DNA of 64,000 nucleotides from Planctomycetota bacterium (lineage in GTDB: Bacteria; Planctomycetota; UBA8108; SXIK01), in contig OZ244999.1 of assembly GCA_965223265.1 (NCBI GenBank), forward strand, positions 8,128,001 to 8,192,000, written 5' to 3'. Each line of letters opens with the position of its first letter. Position 1 is the first letter of the stretch. The translations under genes and the position numbers were made by a program. The notes below the pieces were generated by a model. It saw only the letters and a program-made list of their open reading frames with translations, was not told where the DNA came from and ran no database searches. Shown one piece after another: positions 41,701-51,522 of the stretch.

Positions 41701-41871
41701 GGCGAGCACGCCATCGCTACGTTCGTGCTGCTCGAGAAGCTCGTCCACCTTGAGGCGAACGGGCGACCCAGGCTTCGACTTGGCGTCGAGAAAGCCGGCT
41801 CGATCGGAGGTGGGCAGTTGCCGTGCCGCATCGAAGAGTTCGTGGATCTGCTGGAATTCTTCTGGGGTCAT
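38758..41871 (-). CDS. Hanks-type Ser/Thr protein kinase with TM helix and C-terminal TPR repeats
   Basis: GAGGMG, VALK, HRDLKPAN, DFG and YMSPEQ; a TM segment, then kinesin-light-chain-like TPRs (e.g. GETHPDVGWNLHALG). Confidence 0.95.
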   Translation of the reverse strand: MTPEEFQQIHELFDAARQLPTSDRAGFLDAKSKPGSPVRLKVDELLEQHERSDGVLADAALEPARELKDALFDSTGAATFADRDPPHTLPQRIGKYRIRGKIGAGGMGTVFQAEQENPRRTVALKVANADLFSPSVMKRFEYEAQVLGRLQHPGIAQIFEAGSATNDLGQEQPYFAMEFIDGLTLNEFADEHRLSARQRIRLFVDVCDAVQHAHLRGFIHRDLKPANILVDLSGQPKVLDFGIARATDSDVQLTTMQTSVGELIGTVPYMSPEQIAGDPRELDARSDVYALGVVLYELLAGRLPYDFSGKMIHDAVRVVREVEPTPISTTVRTLRGDIETIVQKALEKEPARRYQSAAELAADLKRHLSDEPILARPPSALYQLRKFTRRNKALVCGTAFVILSLVLGVAGTTWQAIVATRAHELSEQRLDAAETVTNFLRDMLASTDPRRSGRDVKVIDLLARAAAEVENSFTDQPTTAAALHDSLGVAYTGLGLYDQAEQQLQRALELRRSAGPAQLAGAAESQHNLGVVLLKKSDYGRARGAIAAALQQRRSLFGEHHALVAASLDSLGQLLRHEGDLTASESALRQAWTLREELLGGDDPTTIESMSHLGRMLQYKGDFERAEKLLRDALLRAERRCGTRKHYDVSTAMTHLAELLRDVGKYDEAENLLREVVEVSGEIVGETHPDVGWNLHALGELLIERGKGKEASPLFDRALMIYKQAYGETHKDVAKTINAIAYTTLHRDEPDAAERLFREALAINERVFGDKHAEVAACFDNIAICLQWKWQHDEAERYHLLALNMLRELGETSSPQIATCLFNLGTFYQRKGDLTRAEPLLREARDVETLRRGKEHLYVAEVENSLGLAIYRDPAKLDEAVTLFRHAVEVFKRLSDPRWPEPTRALARALREQKHLNEAEPLFREALAAQRRRFPADDYRISSMEMDLGLCLTAMGRSDEGEQLLVGAFPPLKDNARFADARRCLDALIKIYESRGQSAELGRYRRESEILDAEEKRRHREHEAKEGETTTANNEQP

Positions 41872-42042
41872 GGCAGGGTCCTGAGTGGGAAAGAACGGGA
41901 AGCATCCGAATGATAACGAAGGAGTGCGCGCGAACGGTAGATTTCGCGCTTGCCGTCAGGGAAAATGGAGGTGAGCGCCCTCTTCCATGCGAATCGTCCG
42001 CGACAAGATTCGCTAGAAGGCTGGGCGAGGAAGGAGGAATGG

Positions 42043-45000
42043 GTGCATCCGATCTCGCCGATCGTGACCCGAACGCTGCAAAAAAAAGGTGGCGGAGAAC
42101 GTCTTCGCTGCCGCCTGTTCTTGTTCGTCTTTTTGCTGCATCAATGGGGATTCAGTCTCGCCGCCGCTGGGCAGGAGTCGAGTGAGCTCGAACATTTCGA
42201 GCGTCGCATCCGGCCTGTTCTGGTCGAAAACTGCTACAAGTGTCACAACAGTGTCGATGCCGCTGAAGGTGGGTTGGCGCTCGATTCGCGCGAGGGGTTG
42301 CGGCGCGGTGGCAGCTCCGGAGCTGCGGTTGTGCCTGGGAACGCCGAGCGCAGTCTCTTGGTGGCCGCGCTTCGACATGAGCGTGACGATTTGCGCATGC
42401 CGCAGGACGGTCCGAAGCTCAGTCCGGCAGTGATCGCCGATTTCGTCACTTGGATCAAGCGCGGCGCTGCCGACCCGCGCGATGCACCGCCAAGCGCTGA
42501 GGAGCTGCGGCGAGCGACGGCGTGGGAGACGGTTCTCGAGCGCCGCAAAGAGTGGTGGAGTTTTCAGCCACTGACCGCGCCGCAGCCGCCGGCGGTCCCT
42601 GGCGAGGTCTGGTCAGAGCATCCCGTAGATCGTTTTTTGTATGCCAAGCTCGATGCCGCCGGTGTCGACCCGAGCGCTGACGGCGATGCCAGCACGCTAC
42701 TGCGGCGGCTCACCTTCGTGCTGACTGGGCTACCCCCCGCCGTCCACGAGATCGACAGGTTTCATACGGTGGATTCGGCAGGTGAGTTCTCAGACGTGGT
42801 CGATGAGCTACTCGGTTCGCCGCGTTTCGGAGAGCGATGGGCGCGTCATTGGATGGATTGGTTTCGCTACGCAGAGTCGAGTGGCAGTGAAGGAGACCCG
42901 TCCATTCCTTACGTCTGGCGTTACCGCGACTACCTCATCCGTGCCCTCAACGCGGATGTCGGCTACGATCGTTTGATTCGCGAGCACATCGCAGGAGACC
43001 TGCTGCCCGATCCGCGCATCGATCAGGAGCGCGGCATCAATGAATCGGCGCTTGCCACCGCACATTACCGTATGGTGCAGCACGGTTTCTCGCCGGTGGA
43101 TCCGTTGGATGAGCAGGTACGCTTCACGGAAAACCAAGTCGACGTTTTGTCGAAGGCGATTCTCGGACTGACTGTCTCTTGTGCACGCTGTCACGATCAC
43201 AAGTTCGATGCTATCAGCCAAAAGGACTTCTATGCCTTTTACGGCATCATGGCGAGTTGCCGGCCTGCTGTGATCACCGTGGACACAGATGCGCGGCGGC
43301 GGATGCATCGCGAGGCGCTGGAGGCGTTGAAGGCGCGTCTACGCGACGAGTTGGCATCGGTGTGGTTGTCGGCGACTGACGGAATTGCAGCGGCGCTGGT
43401 ACGTGCGCCCGAGCCGGCGCCGGCCGCGGAGCGCGAGGCGCGCGCCAAGCGCGAGCGGGAACGACGACGCGAGGGGAAGAAACCCCTGCCACTCGATGTG
43501 GAGGAGCGCTGGCAGCTGGCGGTCGACGAGGCCGCGGCGAGCGATGGACGCAGTCCGCTGTTCGCCTGGACGACTGGACGTCATTTGGCCGGCGAAGCAC
43601 TCGCCAAGGCGCTTGTCGATCAACGTCGGCAGTGGGAAGAGCGAACGGCGATCCAGAGCGGACGGCTGCGAGACGGAGGCTGGGACCTGAGGACAGGCGA
43701 CTACCGGCGGTGGTTTCGTCACGGCGTAGGTCTCGGCGACGCGGCCGAGCAGCCGGGCGCATTCCATGTCCTCGCGGAGGGCGAACGCGTCGTTGCCAAC
43801 ATCTATCCTTCTGGCGTTTACAACCACATGGTCTCCGCGAAGCACAACGGTGTTTTGACGTCGCCGACGTTTACGATCGAAGCGGACGAACTGTGGGTCC
43901 GGGTGTGCGGCGGCGAGGGCGCGCGCGTGAGGTACGTGGTGCAGAACTATCCGCGCGCGATCGGTATCGTGTTCAAGTCGAAGCGGCTGAGCAGCGAGGA
44001 TCCGCAGTGGATCCGGTGGGATATGCGCTACTGGAAGGGCGAGGCAGCGCACATCGAGATCGCAACGGTGGGTGACTTACCGGTCGAAGCACGCTCGAAT
44101 CCGCGGTCGTGGTTCGGGATTAGTGACATCGTCTTTCGGCAGGGCACACCACCCATCGATGAACCCGGTGCACCGCTCGCGAGCGTGGTTTCGCCGTCCG
44201 AGGTGGCGTCGACTGCGGCGGCTCTTGCAGAGCTTTACACCATGTCGCTGACGCGGGCGATCGAAGCATGGCGGCGCGGCGACATCACGGATGCGCAGGC
44301 AAGCTTTCTAGGGTTCTTCGTGCGGCACGGCTTGCTGCCGAATCGTCTCGACGAGTTGGCGAACGTGGCGCCGCTCGTGGCCGAATATCGTCGTCTGGAA
44401 CAAGAGATTCCTATCCCGACGCGAGCGCCCGGGGTGACCGAGTCGGTCGGGTTTGATCAACCGCTCTTCGTACGCGGCAATCACAAGCAGCCGGCGGCGC
44501 CGGTGCCGCGCCGATTCCTCGAGGCCTTTGGGGGCAAGCCTTACGAGACTGCACTGAGCGGCAGGCGTGAGTTGGCGGAGGATCTGATCTATGGCAGTCC
44601 GCTGGCGCCGCGTGTCATCGTCAATCGGGTTTGGCATCACGTCTTCGGGCGCGGTCTCGTCGCCACGTGCGACAACTTTGGGCGACTGGGTGAAGAACCC
44701 AGCCATCCAGAGTTGCTTGATTACTTGGCGGTGCGCTTCGTTGAGGATGGCTGGTCGATCAAGAAACTCGTCAGGCTGCTGGTGACCAGTCGCGCCTTTC
44801 GACTCTCGGCGCGGTCGAGTGAAGCGGCCGTGCGCCTCGATCCGGAGAATCGGCTGCTTTCGCATGCGAGCGTGCGGCGACTTGAGGCTGAGGCGATTCG
44901 TGACGCGGTGCTCGCGGTGAGCGGTGAACTCGACACGACCATGTTCGGTGCGAGTCAACCCGGGACGAGCCGGCGGCGCAGCGTGTACGTCGAGGTCCGT

Positions 45001-45372
45001 CGGAACAGTCTGGATCCGTTTTTACACGCGTTCGATGCGCCGAGTCCGTTCAGTACCCAGGGACGGCGAGCGGCGACGAACGTGCCGGCGCAGTCGCTGA
45101 TGCTTCTCAACGATCCGTTCGTCTCCGAACAGGCGAAGGCATGGGCGGAGAAGGTTTTGGGGAATCCGGCGCTCGCGGACACGGAGGCGCGACTGCGCCA
45201 CATGTTTGTCAGCGCGCTCGGCCGCGCGCCGGAGGCTGACGAGGTCAGGGAGCTCGTGCGGTACGTCGTCGACATCGACCGCGCCGACGGAGCCGGGGAT
45301 CATGAAGCGGCGATTTGGAGTGATGTGGCGCATGGGTTTTTCAACTTCAAGGAGTTCATCTACCTGCGGTGA
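42043..45372 (+). CDS. PSD1 and planctomycete cytochrome c domain protein (DUF1549/DUF1553)
   Basis: [58 protein letters not shown] and [11 protein letters not shown]; AGGAGG RBS before GTG 42043. Confidence 0.93.
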   Translation: MHPISPIVTRTLQKKGGGERLRCRLFLFVFLLHQWGFSLAAAGQESSELEHFERRIRPVLVENCYKCHNSVDAAEGGLALDSREGLRRGGSSGAAVVPGNAERSLLVAALRHERDDLRMPQDGPKLSPAVIADFVTWIKRGAADPRDAPPSAEELRRATAWETVLERRKEWWSFQPLTAPQPPAVPGEVWSEHPVDRFLYAKLDAAGVDPSADGDASTLLRRLTFVLTGLPPAVHEIDRFHTVDSAGEFSDVVDELLGSPRFGERWARHWMDWFRYAESSGSEGDPSIPYVWRYRDYLIRALNADVGYDRLIREHIAGDLLPDPRIDQERGINESALATAHYRMVQHGFSPVDPLDEQVRFTENQVDVLSKAILGLTVSCARCHDHKFDAISQKDFYAFYGIMASCRPAVITVDTDARRRMHREALEALKARLRDELASVWLSATDGIAAALVRAPEPAPAAEREARAKRERERRREGKKPLPLDVEERWQLAVDEAAASDGRSPLFAWTTGRHLAGEALAKALVDQRRQWEERTAIQSGRLRDGGWDLRTGDYRRWFRHGVGLGDAAEQPGAFHVLAEGERVVANIYPSGVYNHMVSAKHNGVLTSPTFTIEADELWVRVCGGEGARVRYVVQNYPRAIGIVFKSKRLSSEDPQWIRWDMRYWKGEAAHIEIATVGDLPVEARSNPRSWFGISDIVFRQGTPPIDEPGAPLASVVSPSEVASTAAALAELYTMSLTRAIEAWRRGDITDAQASFLGFFVRHGLLPNRLDELANVAPLVAEYRRLEQEIPIPTRAPGVTESVGFDQPLFVRGNHKQPAAPVPRRFLEAFGGKPYETALSGRRELAEDLIYGSPLAPRVIVNRVWHHVFGRGLVATCDNFGRLGEEPSHPELLDYLAVRFVEDGWSIKKLVRLLVTSRAFRLSARSSEAAVRLDPENRLLSHASVRRLEAEAIRDAVLAVSGELDTTMFGASQPGTSRRRSVYVEVRRNSLDPFLHAFDAPSPFSTQGRRAATNVPAQSLMLLNDPFVSEQAKAWAEKVLGNPALADTEARLRHMFVSALGRAPEADEVRELVRYVVDIDRADGAGDHEAAIWSDVAHGFFNFKEFIYLR

Positions 45373-46922
45373 CGCGAGGGTGGCGAAACACGAGCGACGA
45401 CGCATCGACGGGTGAATCGACGTTCGCGGTTGAGACAAAGGCGATGCTGATGACGACGATCAAAGAGAATGCGACGGAACGCGATTCTTCCCGCTTGAGT
45501 GTGCCGGCGACGCGGCGCGAGATGCTGCGGCGATGTTCGCTCGGCTTTGGCGTGACGGCCCTCAGTGGCCTTTTGGCCGAGTCCGCCCGTGCGGCCGCGT
45601 CGGCCGGCAGTTCGGCGGGCGCGATCGGGCACCTTCCGCAGCGAGCGAAGAGCGTCATTTTTTGCTTCATGTCTGGTGGAGTGTCACACGTTGACAGCTT
45701 CGACCCGAAACCTCGACTCGCACGTGACGCAGGCAAGCCTTTGCCGCTTCGCATCGAACGGACACAGTTCAACCGTAACGGGAACATTCTTCCGTCACCC
45801 TGGAAGTTCCACCGCTACGGTGAGAGCGGCATCCCCGTGAGCGATCTTTTTCGCCACACTGCGAGCTGTGTCGATGACCTCGCGGTCATTCGCTCGATGA
45901 CGAGCCAATTCAGCGAGCACGCGCAGGGGAACTACTTCGTGCACACGGGATTTCCGTTTCTCGGGCACCCGAGCGCGGGCGCCTGGGTGACGTACGGCCT
46001 TGGGAGCGAGTCACGAAACCTGCCTGGATTCGTCGTGCTGCGCAGCGGCGGCTCGGGGATTCCGCATGGAGGTGTGGGGCTCTTCGGGAGTGGCTTTCTG
46101 CCCGCGACGCATCAAGGTTCGATTCTCGACGCGAGTGCCGACGAAGCGCTGCGCAACGTGCGGCCGCGAGAGGGGGACGTCGCACAGCGGCGTCGTTTGG
46201 GGTTGATTGCCCGGAATGACCGCCGGTTTTTGAGACGCGTCGACGACAACCCGCACGTCGAAGCGGCGATCGAGAACTATGAGATGGCATATCGCATGCA
46301 GGCCGCCGTGCCGGAGCTTGTAGATCTCAGCGGCGAGAGCGAAGCGACGAAGAGACTCTACGGCGTCGATTCACCCGACAAAGGCAAGGCTGGTTACGCG
46401 AGGCAGTGTCTTTTGGCGCGCCGACTCGTCGAGCGTGGCGTGCGTTTCGTCGAGCTGACGTGTCTATCCTACAACATAGGCGGGGGTAACAGCGCCAACC
46501 CGTGGGATCAGCATGGGCAGCTAAAAAAAGGGCACGAGAGGATGGCGTTTCAAGTCGACCAGCCGATCGCAGCACTGATCAAGGATCTCAAGAGTCGCGG
46601 CCTCCTGGACGAAACGCTGGTGATCTGGGCGGGCGAGTTCGGTCGCACGCCGTTCTCGCAGGACACCGACGGACGCGATCACGACCCCTTCGGCTTCAGC
46701 ATCTGGCTCGCCGGCGGGGGCGTACGTGGCGGCACGATTTACGGTGCGACGGACGAGTTCGGCTACCGCGCCGTCGAGAGCCCGTGCACGATCTACGACT
46801 TGTGGGCGACGGTGCTGCACCTGCTCGGGCAGAACCATTTCGACCTCACCTACCGCCATGGAGGGCGCGACTTTCGCCTGACCGACGTGCACGGGCGGGT
46901 GTTGAGTGAGGTTTTGGTCTGA
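45369..46922 (+). CDS. DUF1501 family protein (Tat-like signal)
   Basis: [43 protein letters not shown] and GEFGRTP; usual partner of DUF1549/1553. Start may be 45444. Confidence 0.93.
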   Translation: MTRGWRNTSDDASTGESTFAVETKAMLMTTIKENATERDSSRLSVPATRREMLRRCSLGFGVTALSGLLAESARAAASAGSSAGAIGHLPQRAKSVIFCFMSGGVSHVDSFDPKPRLARDAGKPLPLRIERTQFNRNGNILPSPWKFHRYGESGIPVSDLFRHTASCVDDLAVIRSMTSQFSEHAQGNYFVHTGFPFLGHPSAGAWVTYGLGSESRNLPGFVVLRSGGSGIPHGGVGLFGSGFLPATHQGSILDASADEALRNVRPREGDVAQRRRLGLIARNDRRFLRRVDDNPHVEAAIENYEMAYRMQAAVPELVDLSGESEATKRLYGVDSPDKGKAGYARQCLLARRLVERGVRFVELTCLSYNIGGGNSANPWDQHGQLKKGHERMAFQVDQPIAALIKDLKSRGLLDETLVIWAGEFGRTPFSQDTDGRDHDPFGFSIWLAGGGVRGGTIYGATDEFGYRAVESPCTIYDLWATVLHLLGQNHFDLTYRHGGRDFRLTDVHGRVLSEVLV

Positions 46923-47089
46923 GCCGACCGATCCCCCGTGACCGACGTGCTGTCCTACAAGGTCTTGCTCAGCTGTTGCGTACTCGCGACAACTGTTCAC
47001 ATACGGACGTCCGAATTTGACATCGCCGTTTTTTTGTTCGATTTGTGACGATATCTTGCTGTCTGTATGACCCGGGAGCGGAAAAAAAT

Positions 47090-47196
47090 GAACCTCGGTT
47101 GGGTACGTACTCGTAGGAGAACGAACCTCGGACGCGCTCGGACGTATAAGACGGGAGAACGAACCTCGGATGATGAACCGGAGAACGAACCTCGGA
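47090..47196. repeat. direct repeat array GGAGAACGAACCTCGGA x3 plus one partial copy
   Basis: Identical 17-mers at 47116, 47154 and 47180; the core GAACCTCGG also occurs at 47090. Confidence 0.85.
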
Positions 47197-47451
47197 CGGG
47201 TTGACCGGTTGACGCACCCCCAACCCCCCCACGAAAGCGTGGTATCGGGTCTTGCCTTGTAGGGCCCACCGCTTCTCGGCGCGTTTCTTTCCAAACAAAC
47301 CGCCTGGCGGGACCAACGATCGCGGCAGTCTCTCCGCTTCTCGATACGAGCTAACGCGTTTGCACCCACGACCGCAGGGTCTTAGGCTCTCGAAGCGACC
47401 CGCCCGACCGCCTCGTCTCCCTCTCTCTCCACTCCTCGGCACGTTGTCCAG

Positions 47452-49440
47452 TTGATTCCTCGCAAAACCCCTCACGCCCTCACGTTTCTGATTTTGGTGC
47501 TCGCCGCCGCCGGTGTCGCTCGCCGCTGGGTGCGGGTGTGGCACGCCGGCCGGTCGAACGCGCCGATCGCATCCACCATCGCCGCTGTGCAAGGCGCCTC
47601 TCACGTTTCGCCGTTTCGGGGTCGCGACGTCCGAGCCCTTCGCGGTGTGGTGACTGCCGTCGATCGACAGGGTTTCTACCTACAGGACCCACTCGGAGAT
47701 GGTGATGATGCAACCTCGGACGCGATCTATGTCCGCACCGGCGTGACGCCTGGGGTTCACCCGGGCGATGCCGTCAGTGTGGCCGGACGCGTCGCCGAGA
47801 TCTACCCCGACAACTACAGCTCGGGAGGTCTGTCCGTGACAACGATCGTGAGGCCCCACGTCCAAACACCTCAGGTGCGGACGACCTCTCGCGCCTCCGA
47901 TCCGTCGTCGTCGCTGTTGACTCCGCGATCACGTCTCTCGTTCCGCTCGGCCTTGCGACCATCCGGCCAGCCTGTTCCCCTCACGCTCGAGGACGACGCT
48001 CACGGCCGCAGCGTCGAAGACCCGCGCGTGCGTTTCGACCCGATGCACGATTGGCTTGATCGTCTCGAGAGCCTCGAATCTATGACTTTTCGCGTCCACT
48101 CCTCGACGGTCGCGGGTGTCCGCACCATCGCCGGCACCATCGCGATCTGCCTGTGTGACGACGTTGACGCCGGCTGGCGCACGTCTCAAGGCGGCGTGCT
48201 CGCCCGCAGCGACGTCGCGCCGGTTGACCTTTGGGTGGTGGCACCGGCGTCGCCAGCGGTGACCGTTCCCGAGGCTGACGTCGGCACCCGCCTTGAAGCG
48301 TTCGACGCCATCGTCGACTACTACCGCGGCCGCTATCGGCTTCTTGCCATCGAGTCTGTCTTGATTGCGTTGCCAATCGAGGGTGCGCCAGTCGAGGGTG
48401 AGCTTCACTCCTCGGCGCCCCCTGGCGCGACGCCTTCATCTTCCTCGTCGTCCAATCGGCGGGCGCTGGTCAAGGCGCCGCGATCACTTCCTACCCCACC
48501 GCCCCCGCGCAGCACCGCCCCCGGCGAACTTCGCGTTGTCTCCTACAACCTGTACAACCTGTCGCCGCACGACACCGACCGCCTCAGCCGCCTGGCGCGA
48601 CACATCGTCGACGACCTTGAGGCGCCAGACCTTCTTGCCCTCCAGGAGATCCAGGACTCATCAGGCCCCCTCAACGACAGTGTCGTTGAGGCATCACTCA
48701 CGTTCGATGCACTCACCAGCGCTATCGAGACTCACGACGGACCCAGCTATCGCGCCCTGGCGATCGACCCCTGCGACAACTGCGACGGCGGCCCACCCGG
48801 AGCGAACATTCGGGTGGCGTACCTCTACGAACCGCGCCGCGTTGAACTGCGCGACTCGCTCAGCGCAGATCTCGCGGCGGAGCTGCCATCACCGCCGCCG
48901 CGACACCGGCATATCGCCGCCGTACGCCTCTTTGAGAACTCCGCGGCGTTTCGACGCAGCCGCAAGCCCTTGTTGGCTGAGTTTTGGTTTCGCGGTCGGC
49001 CGATCATCGCGATCAACGTCCATCTGCGCTCGAAGCTCGGCCGCGCACCACTCTCCGGTCGCGTGCAACCACCGCCCGACGTAACGCTCGCGCCGCGCCG
49101 ACGGCAAGCCGAGGAAATCGCGGCCCTGATTGATCGCCTTAGGAGGATGGATCCGCCGCGCGATGTGATCGTCCTCGGCGACTTCAACGACGACCAGGCC
49201 TCGATTACGCTCCACACTCTCACTGCGAGCGGTTGGCTGACGAATCTGACCGAGACACTACCGGAGCATGGGCGCTATACCTACATTCACATGGGATTAG
49301 CGGCCGCCGTCGACCATATCCTCGTGAGTCCGTCCCTGAGCCGCCGCGCCGTCGCCGCCGTGCATCACCTCAATTGCGACTTCGCCGCACGCGCGAGCGA
49401 TCACGACCCTGTCTCAGTGCGGTTTCGCTTGGCGCCTTGA
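47452..49440 (+). CDS. extracellular endonuclease/exonuclease/phosphatase with OB-fold (ExeM/YhcR-like)
   Basis: TIAAVQGASHVSPF, GVVTAV...GFYLQD...SDAIYV (OB fold), SYNLYN, LQEIQD, LGDFND, DHILVS and SDHDPV. Confidence 0.88.
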   Translation: MIPRKTPHALTFLILVLAAAGVARRWVRVWHAGRSNAPIASTIAAVQGASHVSPFRGRDVRALRGVVTAVDRQGFYLQDPLGDGDDATSDAIYVRTGVTPGVHPGDAVSVAGRVAEIYPDNYSSGGLSVTTIVRPHVQTPQVRTTSRASDPSSSLLTPRSRLSFRSALRPSGQPVPLTLEDDAHGRSVEDPRVRFDPMHDWLDRLESLESMTFRVHSSTVAGVRTIAGTIAICLCDDVDAGWRTSQGGVLARSDVAPVDLWVVAPASPAVTVPEADVGTRLEAFDAIVDYYRGRYRLLAIESVLIALPIEGAPVEGELHSSAPPGATPSSSSSSNRRALVKAPRSLPTPPPPRSTAPGELRVVSYNLYNLSPHDTDRLSRLARHIVDDLEAPDLLALQEIQDSSGPLNDSVVEASLTFDALTSAIETHDGPSYRALAIDPCDNCDGGPPGANIRVAYLYEPRRVELRDSLSADLAAELPSPPPRHRHIAAVRLFENSAAFRRSRKPLLAEFWFRGRPIIAINVHLRSKLGRAPLSGRVQPPPDVTLAPRRRQAEEIAALIDRLRRMDPPRDVIVLGDFNDDQASITLHTLTASGWLTNLTETLPEHGRYTYIHMGLAAAVDHILVSPSLSRRAVAAVHHLNCDFAARASDHDPVSVRFRLAP

Positions 49441-49621
49441 AGTAGCGAGTGACTCCTCTGTCGCACCGTAGCGCGACCACGGACTACGAAGGGAAACCCG
49501 ACGTCCTCAGAACATACTCGGAACACTCTCGGAGCACTGTGTAGCTCGAGGTGCAGTCTGCCAGGTGCCGAAGAAATGAGCGGGCGAGGCGCTTCTCGGG
49601 TGTGGATCCCCTAACGCCCAC

Positions 49622-50425
49622 GTGCTCCCGGAGGACAACGTGTACGACGAAACACGGCCGACGACTGTTCCGCGTCCACCGCGCGCGACATCATGGCCCG
49701 ACGTCCACTCGTCGACCGACGACTACGCGCGGCGCTTTGCAGGTGCGGCCGGGGAATTCCTGCTTGCGGTTCAAACACGGGAGCTTCTACACCTCCTGGC
49801 GCCTTGGCGGGGGGGGCGCGTCTTGGACGTCGGCGGGGGACACGCTCAGGCTGCCGCGCCGCTCGCCGCAGCCGGCTTTGACGTCACCGTCCTCGGCAGC
49901 GAGCCGAACACTTTCGATCGCGTGCGCGCGCTCGACACGGCCGATCGCATCACTTGCGTCCAGGGCGATCTCGACGCCGCGAGCCTTCCAGCCAGAGACT
50001 ATGACGTCGTCATCGCGCTCCGCATGCTGGCACATGTCCAGCAGCCGCAAGAGTTCCTCGCCGGTCTCTGTCGCGTCGCCCGCGATGCCGTGATCGTCGA
50101 GTACCCTGCCGTCGCAAGCTTCAACGTTCTGGGGCCTCTCCTCTTTCGGCTCAAACGTCGCGTCGAAGGTAACACAAGACGCTATCGTTCGTTTCGTAGC
50201 ACGGAGGTGTGCAGCCCGCTCGCGGACCACGGTTTCGACATCACCGCGACGTCGAAGCAGCTGTTTTGGCCGATCGCACTGCATCGCCTCTTCAGGCGAC
50301 CCGTGCTCTCGCGCTTGCTTGAGGCACCGCCCCGCGCCATCGGCCTGACGAGATGGATCGGTTCCCCCGTTCTCCTGCGGGCGACGAAGACGCCCAAGTC
50401 GAGTTGCACGAGCGAGGCGCCATGA
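49622..50425 (+). CDS. class I SAM-dependent methyltransferase (glycan cluster)
   Basis: VLDVGGGH motif I and YDVVIALRMLAHV; overlaps the start of the downstream epimerase (ATGA). Confidence 0.85.
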   Translation: MLPEDNVYDETRPTTVPRPPRATSWPDVHSSTDDYARRFAGAAGEFLLAVQTRELLHLLAPWRGGRVLDVGGGHAQAAAPLAAAGFDVTVLGSEPNTFDRVRALDTADRITCVQGDLDAASLPARDYDVVIALRMLAHVQQPQEFLAGLCRVARDAVIVEYPAVASFNVLGPLLFRLKRRVEGNTRRYRSFRSTEVCSPLADHGFDITATSKQLFWPIALHRLFRRPVLSRLLEAPPRAIGLTRWIGSPVLLRATKTPKSSCTSEAP

Positions 50426-51522
50426 AGGTATTGATCACGGGCGCGACGGGATTCGCCGGCGGGCATTTGGCGCGCCATCTCGTAGCTGCGGGATACGACG
50501 TCGCTGCACTCGCGCGCCCGGGATCCGCAACACGGCCGCTCCTCGATCGGGGCGTGGACGTGCGCATCGGCGAACTCGCAAACGCAGCGGACGTGGTTCG
50601 CGCCGTCGCCGGCGTCGAACAGGTCTATCACCTTGCCGCGTGCTATCGCACGGCGGGCCATTCACGACAACACTACGAGGCCATCAACGTCGGCGGTACG
50701 CAGAACGTTCTCGCGGCGGCGCGGAAGCACGGCTGCGCCCGCGTCATTCATTGCAGTACTGTCGGCGTGCACGGCGAGATCAAGCGATCACCAGCCGATG
50801 AGAACGCGCCGTTTGCTCCGGGAGATGTTTACCAGGAGACGAAGCTCGCTGGAGAAGAGTGCGCGCGTGCCGCCCAGCGCGCAGGGCAGGCGGTGGTCAT
50901 CTTTCGTCCCGCGGCTATCTACGGACCGGGAGATCTTCGACTTCTCAAGCTGTTTCGTACCGTTCAGCGGCGACAGTTTCGGATGTTTGGCGCTGGCAGG
51001 ATCCATTACCATCTCATCTACATCGATGATCTTGTTCGCGGGATCGAACTGTGCGGCAACTCGGACGCCGCAATTGGCGAAACGTTCATTCTGTGCGGCA
51101 CGGCCTCTCTGAGCTTGAACGAACTCGTCGAACTCGTTGCGAACGCCGTCGGTGTGCCGGTTCCGCGTGGTCGCATTCCGCTTCGATGGCTTCTCATGGC
51201 GGCCTCACTTTGTGAAACGTTTTGCCGGCCGTTTGGAGTTGAACCGCCGCTCCATAAACGGCGTGCAGAGTTTTTCGTCAAGCATCGATCGTTTTCCGGC
51301 GCGAAAGCGAAGGCGCAGCTCGGGTTTGAACCGCGAACGACTGCACGCCAAGGCATTCTATCGACGGCGCAGTGGTACCGTGCGCACGGCTACTTGTCGC
51401 CGCAAGGTAGAATCGACGAGCGCGTTTCAAGCATCGCCCGTGCCGCGACGGTCGAGGAGAATCCAGACAGCCCCGACGAGCGCAAGAAGCAGGCTGAACA
51501 GATGACAGATCAGCCCCGCTGA
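50422..51522 (+). CDS. NAD-dependent epimerase/dehydratase (extended SDR)
   Basis: TGATGFAG, HLAA, CSTVGVHG, YQETK (YxxxK) and IYGPGD. Confidence 0.92.
   Translation: MKVLITGATGFAGGHLARHLVAAGYDVAALARPGSATRPLLDRGVDVRIGELANAADVVRAVAGVEQVYHLAACYRTAGHSRQHYEAINVGGTQNVLAAARKHGCARVIHCSTVGVHGEIKRSPADENAPFAPGDVYQETKLAGEECARAAQRAGQAVVIFRPAAIYGPGDLRLLKLFRTVQRRQFRMFGAGRIHYHLIYIDDLVRGIELCGNSDAAIGETFILCGTASLSLNELVELVANAVGVPVPRGRIPLRWLLMAASLCETFCRPFGVEPPLHKRRAEFFVKHRSFSGAKAKAQLGFEPRTTARQGILSTAQWYRAHGYLSPQGRIDERVSSIARAATVEENPDSPDERKKQAEQMTDQPR

Noticed and set aside
47090-47196. Possible mini-CRISPR array
   Set aside because: Repeats are only 17 bp, the spacers are 21 and 9 bp, and no cas genes are present; kept only as a direct-repeat array.
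51427-51522. 96-bp convergent overlap of the epimerase and flippase-like genes
   Set aside because: It mainly involves a low-complexity tail of the epimerase; such overlaps are common in GC-rich genomes.
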